From assembly GCA_963843575.1 (NCBI GenBank), contig CAWJKZ010000021.1:256001-320000 (forward strand): a DNA stretch of 64,000 nucleotides, read 5' to 3'. The translations under genes were made by a program, and so were the position numbers. The notes below the pieces were generated by a model. The model had not been told where the DNA came from and searched no databases. It was given only the letters and a program-made list of their open reading frames with translations. Shown piece by piece: positions 19,544 to 29,170 of this stretch. Source of the DNA: an uncultured Acidobacteriota bacterium. GTDB taxonomy: Bacteria; Acidobacteriota; UBA6911. The number at the start of each line of letters is the position of its first letter. Within the stretch, counting starts at the first letter, position 1.

Positions 19544-20362
19544 CTAGACGCGGCCGATTCCTATGGCTGCTTCTGCGGTCAGGATCGGAACCCCGTCGCC
19601 GGCGCGATCCTTGAGCAGCTCGATGAAAGCCCTGCCGACGGCCTCCTTGCCTTGGGGACCGAGGCGTTCGAAGAGATAGGCCAGCGGCGGCGCCGAGCTG
19701 GTGAATCGGGACCAGAACTCCCCCGGCGCGTCGATCCTGATCAGGGCGCCGGAAGTGGTGACGCTCAGGTCCCGGAATCCGGCACGGTGCATCTCACGGT
19801 TCAGCGCTTCCAGCCCGTCCAGTCGCGCCCACACCGGCGGGGTGGGCGGCGGCTGAAAGCCGGGTACAGCCTTCGCGATCGCTTCCATCATCAGGGTGTG
19901 TGGCTGGAGTTTTTGGGGATCTCCCCAGCAAACGATGCCGACGCGTCCACCCGGGCGAACGACCCGGCGCAATTCCGCCATACCCGCACCCAAGTCGGGG
20001 AAGAACATCAGCCCCAGGACCGAAACTCCGGCGTCGAAGGTGGCGTCGGCAACTGACAGGGCCTGACCGTCCATGACCTCGGCGCGGATTCGATCGAGTG
20101 CAGCCGCCGATGCGCGTTCGCGGAGGCGCGCGATCATCGCGGGAGCGAAATCCGTGGCAAGAACCTCGCAGCCCGCGGCTGCCGCCAGCAGGCTAAATGC
20201 TCCGGTCCCCGCCGCGACGTCGATGACGCGTTCGCCGGGGCGCAGTGCCATCAATCCAAAGAGCTGCGAGGCGAACTGGCGCGAGAGCGGCTCGAACGCT
20301 TGCTCATACTGCGGGGCGATTTCGCTCCACTTTGCGGGCATCTGGTCGGGGCTGACGATCAT
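19544..20362 (-). CDS. Class I SAM-dependent methyltransferase
   Basis: VIDVAAGTG motif I; TDFAPAMI; ELRRVVRPGG. Confidence 0.88.
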   Translation of the reverse strand: MIVSPDQMPAKWSEIAPQYEQAFEPLSRQFASQLFGLMALRPGERVIDVAAGTGAFSLLAAAAGCEVLATDFAPAMIARLRERASAAALDRIRAEVMDGQALSVADATFDAGVSVLGLMFFPDLGAGMAELRRVVRPGGRVGIVCWGDPQKLQPHTLMMEAIAKAVPGFQPPPTPPVWARLDGLEALNREMHRAGFRDLSVTTSGALIRIDAPGEFWSRFTSSAPPLAYLFERLGPQGKEAVGRAFIELLKDRAGDGVPILTAEAAIGIGRV

Positions 20363-20643
20363 GGTTTTCGAAAACCGCTCGAGCAGGCTCCCAGGGTAGC
20401 CAGGGCCACCGCGAAGACAATCCCGCTCACCATCGATGAGATAGTCCGGGTGAGCAGGAGTGCGGCGAGAACGACACAAACCAACAGAAACAAAAGCCCG
20501 GCAGTCTTACGAGACATAACCCACCCGATTGCGGTTGAATGTACACCCGACGAAACGGGTATTCAAGCCACACGGTCCGAATGCCGGGGTTTCCGAGTGC
20601 GGCCGGACCACAGCCACACTGCGACTCCGAACGTCGACCGGAA

Positions 20644-20737
20644 ACGTATTTTTCAGGAGGCGGATGCGCGCGGATACCCACGGATCGACTTAGCCACAGG
20701 ACGCGGCCGTCCGCGTGAATCCGTCGGATCCGCGGAA
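20644..20737. repeat. CGCGGAT/CACGGAT-rich palindromic repeat (family C), left copy
   Basis: Imperfect reverse complement of 22280-22377 (ACGTATTTTTCAGGA...GGATCCGCGGAA). Confidence 0.75.
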
Positions 20738-20744
20738 TCTGCGT

Positions 20745-22067
20745 TCAGTTTTCGGAGGACCGGCCCCTTCCGAGATATCTTCGGCCGAGGCCACGCCCGA
20801 TGCCGCGGAAACGGTTCGGGAGCGATGCGGCGCACTGCGTGATAAAGGCGAAGCCCAGCGGGGAATACGCTTCCATGCGGCGGAGGTACGGCCGCGAATA
20901 GAATCTCGGACTCTGTGCCACGGACTGGAGAACGAGGTTCAGCGAGTTTCGGCGCAAGAGGTCCCGGAGCAGTGCCTGGCGGGAGTCGAAGGGCAGGGCC
21001 CGCGGTGGAGTGAGAACCTCATCCACAAACCGCATCAACCGGTTCGTCGTGGCATCGAGCGGACCTCTCCCCGCATTCAGGGTAAACAGAGTACGGCGGC
21101 CGGCCCGGATGTCCTCACGCAGGTCCTGGATGTCGTCGGCAAGTTGCAGGACCACGCCGAGGCCGAAGCAGAAGTCAACCTCGGATGGGTCGAGCCTCCC
21201 TGCCACCAGGTAGCCGTTGGCCAGCACCGAAGCGCCTCCCTTGGTCACGCTGATGTTCAGGAGGTCGCGCCGCTCCTGGTGTCGTCGCTGGTCCTGCTGC
21301 ATCAGGCTCAATATCTGGCCCTTGTGGATCGCGAGCAGCCCGAGATACGCCTCAGGGAACTCAGGGCGCGGGAACTCGTTCTCGATCATCGCAATCAGCC
21401 GGTGTATCCGCTCCTCACGCGGGCTCTCCGGCGCGAGGCGGACGCCCTGGAGACGGAGGCCAAGCCTGCGATTGAAGGAGTCCTTCGCAGAGCCCGGCAC
21501 GGAAGCCTGGTCGAGGTAATTGTCCGTGTACGGGTAGAGGAGGCTGTAGGCGAAGACCGACGGCGTGATCGAGGGCTCCCTGCCCAGAAAGACCTGGAGG
21601 GCGTTCATGACCCACACGTTGCGCAGGGCCTGGGAAAGCTCGGCCGGCTCCAGGGTGTCGTCGAACGATGCCGCGCGAGACAGGAAAGAGTCGGATGCGT
21701 CGAAGCTTTCCTGCGTAAAAATGAGGTCGATCCCACGTTGCGGGACGAGCAGACTCTCCCTGGCGAAATCCCTGACGGCGTCCCGAAACTTCGCCCGCCA
21801 TCGTTCTCTCTCCTCGTCCGCCTCTGGAATCCCGGGGAGTTCGCGTTCCAGCCAGCAGAGGAATTCGGCGGCCTTCGCCTCGTGGACGCGCTGTTCGGAC
21901 GGGACGAATTCCCGGTCGAGGCGAACGGTGGCGGTCTCCGCGGCCTGCCACGCCTTCGCGTAGCGGTCCGCCAATTCAACCAGTGTGCGCTGGAATTCCC
22001 TTACCGCGCGGCGGCCGCAATCATTGGCAACCGCCCCTGCCGCGTGACCGAAGGATGCCATGCCCAT
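20745..22067 (-). CDS. Class 1 isoprenoid-synthase-like (terpenoid synthase fold) hypothetical protein
   Basis: Asp-rich motifs SLLYPYTDNYLD and LQLADDIQDLRED; TKGGASV. Confidence 0.6.
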   Translation of the reverse strand: MGMASFGHAAGAVANDCGRRAVREFQRTLVELADRYAKAWQAAETATVRLDREFVPSEQRVHEAKAAEFLCWLERELPGIPEADEERERWRAKFRDAVRDFARESLLVPQRGIDLIFTQESFDASDSFLSRAASFDDTLEPAELSQALRNVWVMNALQVFLGREPSITPSVFAYSLLYPYTDNYLDQASVPGSAKDSFNRRLGLRLQGVRLAPESPREERIHRLIAMIENEFPRPEFPEAYLGLLAIHKGQILSLMQQDQRRHQERRDLLNISVTKGGASVLANGYLVAGRLDPSEVDFCFGLGVVLQLADDIQDLREDIRAGRRTLFTLNAGRGPLDATTNRLMRFVDEVLTPPRALPFDSRQALLRDLLRRNSLNLVLQSVAQSPRFYSRPYLRRMEAYSPLGFAFITQCAASLPNRFRGIGRGLGRRYLGRGRSSEN

Positions 22068-22279
22068 AAACAGGATTACAGCCCTGCGGGAAAAATATTC
22101 CCCTCACCGAGTCAAAAAACGGCCAGCTCCCGGTTTTGGACGTCTTCCAGATGTAACTGTACAAGGAAGTAGGACAGGCCAGTCGACCCAACCGAGACCG
22201 TCTGCTCGCCACCACCGGTCGGAGCGCCGGAGCCGCAGGCAACCGGCGTCGATTTTGGGTAGCCCGGGGCCAGGACGTT

Positions 22280-22377
22280 TTCCGCGGATCCAACGGATTC
22301 ACGCGGAATGCCGAACCCGGCCTATCGCTAGGTCGATCCGTGTGGATCCGCGCAAATCCGCGTCCTGAAAAATACGT
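22280..22377. repeat. Family C palindromic repeat, right copy (inverted)
   Basis: TTCCGCGGATCC...CCTGAAAAATACGT; inverted relative to 20644-20737. Confidence 0.75.
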
Positions 22378-22477
22378 CAGTGTATTTGTGAACATCAGTA
22401 CCGTGCTAGGCTGCTGCCGAAACAGGACCGGCCGCATTTCACACGATCAACGACCCGCCGTGGAGTCGACTGTCTCT

Positions 22478-23470
22478 ATGCTCTATCGAAAACTAGGAAG
22501 GTCCGACTTGGAGGTCAGCGAGATCAGCCTGGGAACCTGGCTGTCGTGCGACAACCTGAATGACAAAGCTGACTCCATCGGAATCATCGACACTGCGTAT
22601 GCCCACGGGATCAATTTCTTTGATACGGCCAATGTCTATTCGAGCGGTCGCGCCGAGGTGATACTGGGCGAGGCCTTACGGAGGTATCCCCGAGCATCGT
22701 ACGTTGTGGCGACCAAGGTGTACTGGCCTCTGGGGGAAGGACCCGACAACGGTGGACTGTCCAGGAGGCAGATCTTTAAACAAGTCCATGACAGCCTGAA
22801 GCGCCTCGGCTTGGACTATGTAGATTGTTACTACTGTCATTGGTTCGACATCAAGACGCCCATCGAAGAGACGATGCGGGCCATGGACGACCTCGTGCAC
22901 CAAGGCAAGATCCTGTACATCGGCGTGAGCAACTGGACAGCGGCCCAGATTTCGAGGTCCCTCAGGATTGCCGACAGTCTCGGCCTGAACCGGATCGTTG
23001 TGAATCAACCGAGCTACAACATGTTCGATCGATACATCGAGCAGGAAACCATGCCCCTGTGCGAGGTCAATGGAATCGGGCAGGTTGTGTATTCGCCCTT
23101 GGCCCAAGGGCTGCTGACAGGAAAATACCGCCGCGGTGTGAAGCCTCCTCGGGAAAGCCGGGCGGCAAACCCTAATGCCGGGGCAGCGGTGACGGTATGG
23201 GACTATATGAATGACGACCTGCTGGAAAAAGTCGAAAGACTTGAAGTGCTCGCCAAGGAGATGGGGATCACGCTCCCGCAACTTGCCCTGGCATGGGTGC
23301 TGGCTCATTCGAATGTAACAAGTGCACTGACCGGTGCGAGCAAGCCGCACCATGTTGTGGAGAACGTCGAGGCGTCCGGGCTGAAACTCCCCCTCGAGAT
23401 AATTCACCGAATCGATGCTCTGAGCGTCCCCGGATACACGGTAAAGCACAACGTTGTGCAGGAACGATGA
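22478..23470 (+). CDS. Aldo/keto reductase (Kv-beta/Tas-like), cytoplasmic
   Basis: MLYRKLGRSDLEVSEISLGTW, FFDTANVY, YIGVSNW and YSPLAQGLLTGKY motifs. Visibly less GC-rich than its neighbours. Confidence 0.93.
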   Translation: MLYRKLGRSDLEVSEISLGTWLSCDNLNDKADSIGIIDTAYAHGINFFDTANVYSSGRAEVILGEALRRYPRASYVVATKVYWPLGEGPDNGGLSRRQIFKQVHDSLKRLGLDYVDCYYCHWFDIKTPIEETMRAMDDLVHQGKILYIGVSNWTAAQISRSLRIADSLGLNRIVVNQPSYNMFDRYIEQETMPLCEVNGIGQVVYSPLAQGLLTGKYRRGVKPPRESRAANPNAGAAVTVWDYMNDDLLEKVERLEVLAKEMGITLPQLALAWVLAHSNVTSALTGASKPHHVVENVEASGLKLPLEIIHRIDALSVPGYTVKHNVVQER

Positions 23471-23475
23471 CTCGC

Positions 23476-23520
23476 AAGTGGGTCCGGGCTTCAGCCCGGA
23501 CGCTGTTTGCGGGCGCTATA
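23476..23520. repeat. Single family A REP copy between convergent genes
   Basis: AAGTGGGTCCGGGCTTCAGCCCGGACGCTGTTTGCGGGCGCTATA matches the reverse complement of 15738-15782 with 2 mismatches. Confidence 0.8.
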
Positions 23521-23541
23521 TAGTTCTTAAGTCTTGAAACT

Positions 23542-25209
23542 TTACGGCTCTTCGATTTTCAGGACGCGATCCGGCGGGACTCCGGCCAGCTTCTGCACCG
23601 CGCCGCCGGGCCAGCGTATCTCGATCTCCTTGATGACCCTTTCCTGCCCGAGGCCGAAGTGGATGCGCTTGTCGCTGGAGGACATGAATCCCACGCTGGG
23701 GTTCACATGGCCATAGAGCTTTCGCCCGGATTCCGTCACCGCCGTGACGCTCGCCCCGATGCCGTCGCGGTTGGCCTTCCTGCCGCGGGTTTCCACCAGC
23801 AGCCAGTGGTTTTTTCCCTCGCCCGAGTTCATGAGGATCCTCGGCCTGGCGTTGAGGGACGTGACGACTAGGTCCGGAGAGCCGTCGTCGTTCAGGTCCC
23901 CCGTGGCCGATCCCCGCTGGAACCCGGGACGCAGAAAATCCTTGCCCACGGCCTCTGAGACGTCGACGAAGCTCCTCCCGTTTTCGTTGCGCCACAGTGT
24001 GTCGTGCTGGGCCGCGTTGTCCCCGAAGTAGTCCACGTCGCCGTTGGCGGAATAGATGTCCTTCCAGCCGTCGTTGTCGTAGTCGACGAACGCGTTGCTC
24101 CAGCCGGAAAAGTTGTGGCTCAGCTTCTCGATGTTGGCGGGCGCGCTCAGGTACTCGAAATACCTGCCGGCCTGGTTGCGGAACAGGCCGAACGTCTGGT
24201 GCTGGAGGTTGTTGTAGAACACGTCGACCCAGCCGTCGTTGTCGTAGTCCTTCACGTCGCACCCCATCCCTGAAACGATGGCGGCCTGATCGTTGTAGGC
24301 CACGCCGTAGACCATGGCCGATTCCTCGAACTTCCCGTCTCCCTTGTTGAGATAGAGGAAGTTCGGTTCGGTGTCGTTGCTGACGAAGACGTCCATCAGG
24401 CCGTCGCGGTTGAAGTCGGCGATCCCGATGCCCATCCCTTTCCCGAGGGATTTCCCGAACCCGGAATCGGCGGTGACGTTGCGGAACCTGCCGTTCCCCT
24501 CGTTGTGGTAGAGCGAGTGCGGGACGGGTGTCACGGTTCGGGGACTGCAGTAATAGTCGACGGCATCGGGCCGCACGCAGCGGCGGTCCGTGAGCGGGTT
24601 CCAGTTCGTGTACTGGGATACGACCAGGTCGAGCCGGCCGTCGTTGTCGTAGTCGAACCAGGCGGCGCACACGCTGAGCAGATCCGGGGGCTTGTCGGCG
24701 AGTCCGGCCTCCGACGCGACGTTCGTGAACGTACCGTCCCCGTTGTTGTGGTAGAGGGCGTTCGGTCCGGTGTCGCAAATGAACAGATCGGCAAACCCGT
24801 CGTTGTCGTAGTCGCCGGCAGCCACCCCGTAGCAGAAATCGAGCTCGGCACCGGTCAGCCGGGCGGCGGACGTCACGTCACGGAAAACGCCACCGCCCGC
24901 ATTCTCGAGCAGGCAATTGTAGAAGGAAGGATCGGTTTTTTTCAGTTCCGGCAACCTCGCCCCGTTGGTAAAAAAAATGTCGAGGCGCCCGTCGTTGTTG
25001 TAGTCGAGCAGCGCGACCCCCCCGCACATCGGCTGCGGGAAGTATTTCCTGCCCGTGTAGTTGTTGTTCGAGGTGTAGGCGAACTGCGCGCGTGCGGCGG
25101 CATCCAAGAAACGAGGGCGTTCGGCGCCCTGCGGCGCGGCGTGCTCTTGGCCGCGCCAAGCCAACAACAGGATGCCCAAGAGACAGAAACGGACGGATAG
25201 TGATGCGAT
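23542..25209 (-). CDS. CRTAC1 family protein (FG-GAP/VCBS repeats plus ASPIC/UnbV)
   Basis: Repeated DYDNDG motifs; NRDGIGA; SSSDKRIHFGLG; IRWPGG. Start is uncertain (TTG 25179 or ATC 25209). Confidence 0.9.
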   Translation of the reverse strand: MASLSVRFCLLGILLLAWRGQEHAAPQGAERPRFLDAAARAQFAYTSNNNYTGRKYFPQPMCGGVALLDYNNDGRLDIFFTNGARLPELKKTDPSFYNCLLENAGGGVFRDVTSAARLTGAELDFCYGVAAGDYDNDGFADLFICDTGPNALYHNNGDGTFTNVASEAGLADKPPDLLSVCAAWFDYDNDGRLDLVVSQYTNWNPLTDRRCVRPDAVDYYCSPRTVTPVPHSLYHNEGNGRFRNVTADSGFGKSLGKGMGIGIADFNRDGLMDVFVSNDTEPNFLYLNKGDGKFEESAMVYGVAYNDQAAIVSGMGCDVKDYDNDGWVDVFYNNLQHQTFGLFRNQAGRYFEYLSAPANIEKLSHNFSGWSNAFVDYDNDGWKDIYSANGDVDYFGDNAAQHDTLWRNENGRSFVDVSEAVGKDFLRPGFQRGSATGDLNDDGSPDLVVTSLNARPRILMNSGEGKNHWLLVETRGRKANRDGIGASVTAVTESGRKLYGHVNPSVGFMSSSDKRIHFGLGQERVIKEIEIRWPGGAVQKLAGVPPDRVLKIEEP

Positions 25210-25475
25210 TTCCGGCCTCCTTTGGACAGAGCGATTATACAGAGGCAGGCGGCCGGTTCCGAGGGATCTTCGAGCGTCTTTGCTCCTTCGGGTCCTGATC
25301 CACCCGGCAGCCTGCAGTCAAGATTGTAGAATCCTAATGAGCGTGTATTTCCCCGTGCGCTTTTCGCGTTTTTTTGGCTGAAACAGGGCTAAGATGGGCC
25401 AACTTCAAACTCACAGGAGTTTCTTCAGTCTGCCCGAATTGGCGTTTTGCCTTTTGTTTTAGCCAGGAGGATGTC

Positions 25476-28400
25476 ATGCAGATCGGGACGCGAAGAACCC
25501 CTCGGACACCGCTATTGCTCCTGTTTCTGATTGCTTCATGCGGCATGCTCTGGGGGCAGGTATTCACAGGTTCGCTTACGGGGGTGATCACCGACCAATC
25601 GGGCGGGGTGATCCCTGGGGCGAAGGTCACACTGACGGATGTGGCCAAGCAGGTCGATTACACGACCGTCACCGACGTCGTGGGGCGCTATCTCATCCGC
25701 GCGCTCCCGCCGAGCACATACAAGCTTACGGTGGAGGTGAGCGGCTTCAACACTGCCACTCAGGACGGCGTCGTGCTCGCCGTCAACCAGAGTGCGAACA
25801 TCGACGTGTCGCTGCAGGTGGGGGCGAGCGCGCAGACCATCGAGGTCGCTGCGACCGGGGTGGCTCTACTGGCGACCCAGGATGCGTCGACCGGTCAGGA
25901 ACTCGATCGGAACATGATCAACGACCTCCCTCTCTTGGGAAGGGGAGTGCTCGACCTGGCCAACCTGGCGCCCGGGGTTACGGCGGCGCCCGGCGGAGTC
26001 GGGGGGACCCTCAATTTTGTTTCCAACGGCAGCCGCAATTCTACCGCCGACATTCTTATGGACGGCGTAAGCGCCACCAGCTTTGAGCAGAATAGCGGCA
26101 TCCTGAACGCGCTCTATGTTCCTTCGGTCGACTCGGTGCAGGAGTTCAAAATCCAGCAGTCGAACTTCAGCGCGGAAATCGGCTTCAGCGGCGCCACCAT
26201 CATTAACATGGTGACGCGTTCGGGCACCAACGAATTCCACGGCAGCGCCTGGGAATTCCTGCGCAACAACGTCCTGACGGCCAACGACTGGTTCAACAAC
26301 GCCAACGGCGTGAAGCTGGCGCCCCGCCGCTACAACCTGTTCGGCGCGACCATCGGGGGCCCGATCCGCAAACAGAAGACGTTCTTCTTCTTCTCCTATG
26401 AAGGGCTGCGCGACGTCAATGCCCGCACCTTCCGTGCAGGCGTGCCCAGTGCTGCCATGCGCGCCGGCAATTTCGGGGAGATCTGCCCCGAAGGCTTCGA
26501 TGGCGACGGCCTGTGCCAGGGGGAAGGCCAACTCTGGGATCCTTACTCGGGCGTATACGACGAGGAGGTGGGCGGCGCCGTGCGCTCCCGCTTCGTACCG
26601 TTCAACCGGCTCGATCTCTTTCAGAGCCCGGGCAGCCCCGACCTCCCCGCCGGCTATCAGCCGGCGGCCCGTCCCGGCAACCTGATCGATCCGGCGGCGC
26701 AGAAGATGATGAGCTATTTCCCGTTGCCCAACGTCGCGGTGGGTACGGCCGACTATAACCGCTTCAACAACTGGATCAACTCCGGTTCCAGCAGGGGCCG
26801 GAACGACCAGTGGGACATCAAGATCGACCACAGCTTCAACGAAAAAAACCGGATCAGCAGCCGATTCGCCCGCGGTGTGGACTCCAGCAAGAACGCGAAT
26901 GCGTTTGGCAACGCCTATGACCCGGCGTCGATCGGGTCGGGTGGGAGCAAGACGCACGCCTTCAATTTAAACTACACCCGGACCGTCAATCCCAGCACCC
27001 TGATGAGTGTCACGCTGGGGTTCACGCGGAATTTCTACGACGGCAAGGACATCATGACCGCGTATCCCGACGTGGACCCGATCAAGGACCTGGGACTCCC
27101 GTCGTACCTGGCTGATTCCGGGTTCAAAGCCTCGCCGGCCATCGTCATCCACAACTACAACGCGGCGAGCGGCAACAACATCGGCTCCCAGGCCTGGGGT
27201 ATCCTGCGGCAGTCTCCCGAACAGTACCATCTGGCCGCGAGCTGGAGCCACTTGCGAGGCCGTCACGACCTGAAGATCGGCGGCGAAGCGCGCATGCACC
27301 GGATCAATTTCGTGCAGCCCTGCTGCGGCGCCGGGTACTACGAGTATGACCAGAACGGCACCTCGCAGAGCCCGTACTTCCAGGGCGACGAGATGGCCAG
27401 CTTCCTCACCGGGTTCACCGGGCCGAGCGGGTGGTACGGCGAGTACGAAATCCCGGCGTGGGCCAGCACCCAGAGCTTCCGCTATGCCGGTTACCTCCAG
27501 GATAACTGGAAGGTCACCGAAAAGCTGACTCTGAACCTCGGGCTGCGCTACGACCTGGAGACGCCGCGCACCGAGCGGTACAACCGGATGAGCTACATCG
27601 ACACGAACGCCGCTTCGCCGGTGAAGGTGCCGGGCTATCCCAACCTGAAGGGCGTGCTCAAGTTCACGGACAAGAACAACCGCCACAACTACGGCTGGGA
27701 TAAAAACAACTGGGCGCCCCGCTTCGGTTTCGCGTACCGGATGAACAACAAGACCGTCCTGCGGGGCGGCTACGGCCTGTTCTACACCATCACCACCCGC
27801 GGCGCGGCGGGGACCGGAGGTTACGGATTCCAGGGATTCGATTCGATACCCGACTGGATGACGAGTCTGCATTACGACAGCGTCACCCCGTGGGGACGCC
27901 TGAGCGATCCCTTCCCGTCTTACACCGGGGGCATCCCACCCGTGAGGGGAGGGGCACTCGGCGACTGGTCCTACGTCGGCCAGGGGATCCGGGGCCCGAT
28001 CCAGGGCGAAAATGCCACACCGTACGAGCAAACCTGGACCCTGGGATTTCAGCATGAGCTGCCGGGAGGAGTGATCCTGGAAGCCAACTATGTCGGCAAG
28101 AAAGGAACCAAGCTCTATTTCGGCGGCGCATCGTCACACAACTACCTCGGTCCCGAAATCGAGAAGTACAGCCTCAGCCAGATTGCGGACCTGCAGACGT
28201 ATGTGCCCAACCCCTTCTATGGCGTGATCGATCCGAACACGGGCGTGGGGGGAGAGTACATCCAGCAGTCCCAGCTGTTGGTTCCTTACCCGCAATTCAC
28301 AGGCGTGGACGATATTGCCCCCCCGGTGGCTAACTCCATCTACCACGCTTTCCAGTTGAGGGTCGAGAAACGCTTCTCGAAAGGGCTCCAGTTCCTGGTG

Positions 28401-29093
28401 ACCTACACCAACAGCAAGTCGATCGACGACGCCTCGGTCACGCACGACGGCGTGACGTGGCTCGGAGGGTCGACAAGCCTGCAGAACCCGAACAACCGTG
28501 AGCTCGAACGCGGCCTGTCGCAATTCGACGTCCCGCAGGTCCTGGGCATCAGCTACATCTGGGAACTGCCGTTCGGGCGCGGAAAGGCGTTTGGCAAGAA
28601 CATGCATCCTCTCGTCGACGCCGTCCTCGGCGGCTGGAAAACGAACGGGATCTGGCGGTTCAGTTCGGGTCAGCCGATCGGGCTCAGTTACAACGACAGC
28701 ATCAGCCTGCCGACTTACGGGTCCCAGAGGCCCAACCTGACCGGAGCCCTCGTGCGCAACACCGGTTCCGACTGGCGCGATCAGTACTTCGCCAACCCGG
28801 AGGTCGTGGCTAGACCCGCCCCGTACACACTCGGTAACGCTTCGCGGACGATCGGAAGCGTCCGCAATCCGGGCACGAACGTGGCGAATATGTCGCTGTT
28901 GAAGGAATTCAACCAGTTCGGCAGAATCAGGGAGGGCATGCACCTCGAGTTCCGGGCGGAGTTCTTCAACGCATTCAACCATCCGCGTTTCTGCGGACCG
29001 AACACCAACTTTGAAGGCGGCAATTTCGGCGTGGTTGACGGCATGTGCGGGGATCCGCGCGAAGTGCAGATGGCCCTGAAGTTCTATTGGTAA
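25476..29093 (+). CDS. TonB-dependent receptor, Oar-like with CarboxypepD_reg N-domain
   Basis: GVITDQSGGVIPGA, PSVDSVQEF, TRSGTNEFHG and LNLGLRYD motifs; ends PREVQMALKFYW; AGGAGG RBS. Confidence 0.92.
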   Translation: MQIGTRRTPRTPLLLLFLIASCGMLWGQVFTGSLTGVITDQSGGVIPGAKVTLTDVAKQVDYTTVTDVVGRYLIRALPPSTYKLTVEVSGFNTATQDGVVLAVNQSANIDVSLQVGASAQTIEVAATGVALLATQDASTGQELDRNMINDLPLLGRGVLDLANLAPGVTAAPGGVGGTLNFVSNGSRNSTADILMDGVSATSFEQNSGILNALYVPSVDSVQEFKIQQSNFSAEIGFSGATIINMVTRSGTNEFHGSAWEFLRNNVLTANDWFNNANGVKLAPRRYNLFGATIGGPIRKQKTFFFFSYEGLRDVNARTFRAGVPSAAMRAGNFGEICPEGFDGDGLCQGEGQLWDPYSGVYDEEVGGAVRSRFVPFNRLDLFQSPGSPDLPAGYQPAARPGNLIDPAAQKMMSYFPLPNVAVGTADYNRFNNWINSGSSRGRNDQWDIKIDHSFNEKNRISSRFARGVDSSKNANAFGNAYDPASIGSGGSKTHAFNLNYTRTVNPSTLMSVTLGFTRNFYDGKDIMTAYPDVDPIKDLGLPSYLADSGFKASPAIVIHNYNAASGNNIGSQAWGILRQSPEQYHLAASWSHLRGRHDLKIGGEARMHRINFVQPCCGAGYYEYDQNGTSQSPYFQGDEMASFLTGFTGPSGWYGEYEIPAWASTQSFRYAGYLQDNWKVTEKLTLNLGLRYDLETPRTERYNRMSYIDTNAASPVKVPGYPNLKGVLKFTDKNNRHNYGWDKNNWAPRFGFAYRMNNKTVLRGGYGLFYTITTRGAAGTGGYGFQGFDSIPDWMTSLHYDSVTPWGRLSDPFPSYTGGIPPVRGGALGDWSYVGQGIRGPIQGENATPYEQTWTLGFQHELPGGVILEANYVGKKGTKLYFGGASSHNYLGPEIEKYSLSQIADLQTYVPNPFYGVIDPNTGVGGEYIQQSQLLVPYPQFTGVDDIAPPVANSIYHAFQLRVEKRFSKGLQFLVTYTNSKSIDDASVTHDGVTWLGGSTSLQNPNNRELERGLSQFDVPQVLGISYIWELPFGRGKAFGKNMHPLVDAVLGGWKTNGIWRFSSGQPIGLSYNDSISLPTYGSQRPNLTGALVRNTGSDWRDQYFANPEVVARPAPYTLGNASRTIGSVRNPGTNVANMSLLKEFNQFGRIREGMHLEFRAEFFNAFNHPRFCGPNTNFEGGNFGVVDGMCGDPREVQMALKFYW

Positions 29094-29105
29094 ACCTCAC
29101 TTTCC

Positions 29106-29156
29106 ACGAGCGGGCGGGGGCCGGCTGCCCCGCGTTCCCGCCCGCTCGTCCTTTTC
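29106..29156 (+). terminator. Intrinsic terminator/attenuator hairpin after the TBDR
   Basis: 13-bp stem ACGAGCGGGCGGG/CCCGCCCGCTCGT followed by CCTTTT. Confidence 0.6.
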
Positions 29157-29170
29157 GTGCAGCTGCACCG

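Noticed and set aside
19300-23540. Integron cassette array
   Set aside because: The repeats lack RYYYAAC/GTTRRRY attC ends, genes are in mixed orientation, and there is no intI.
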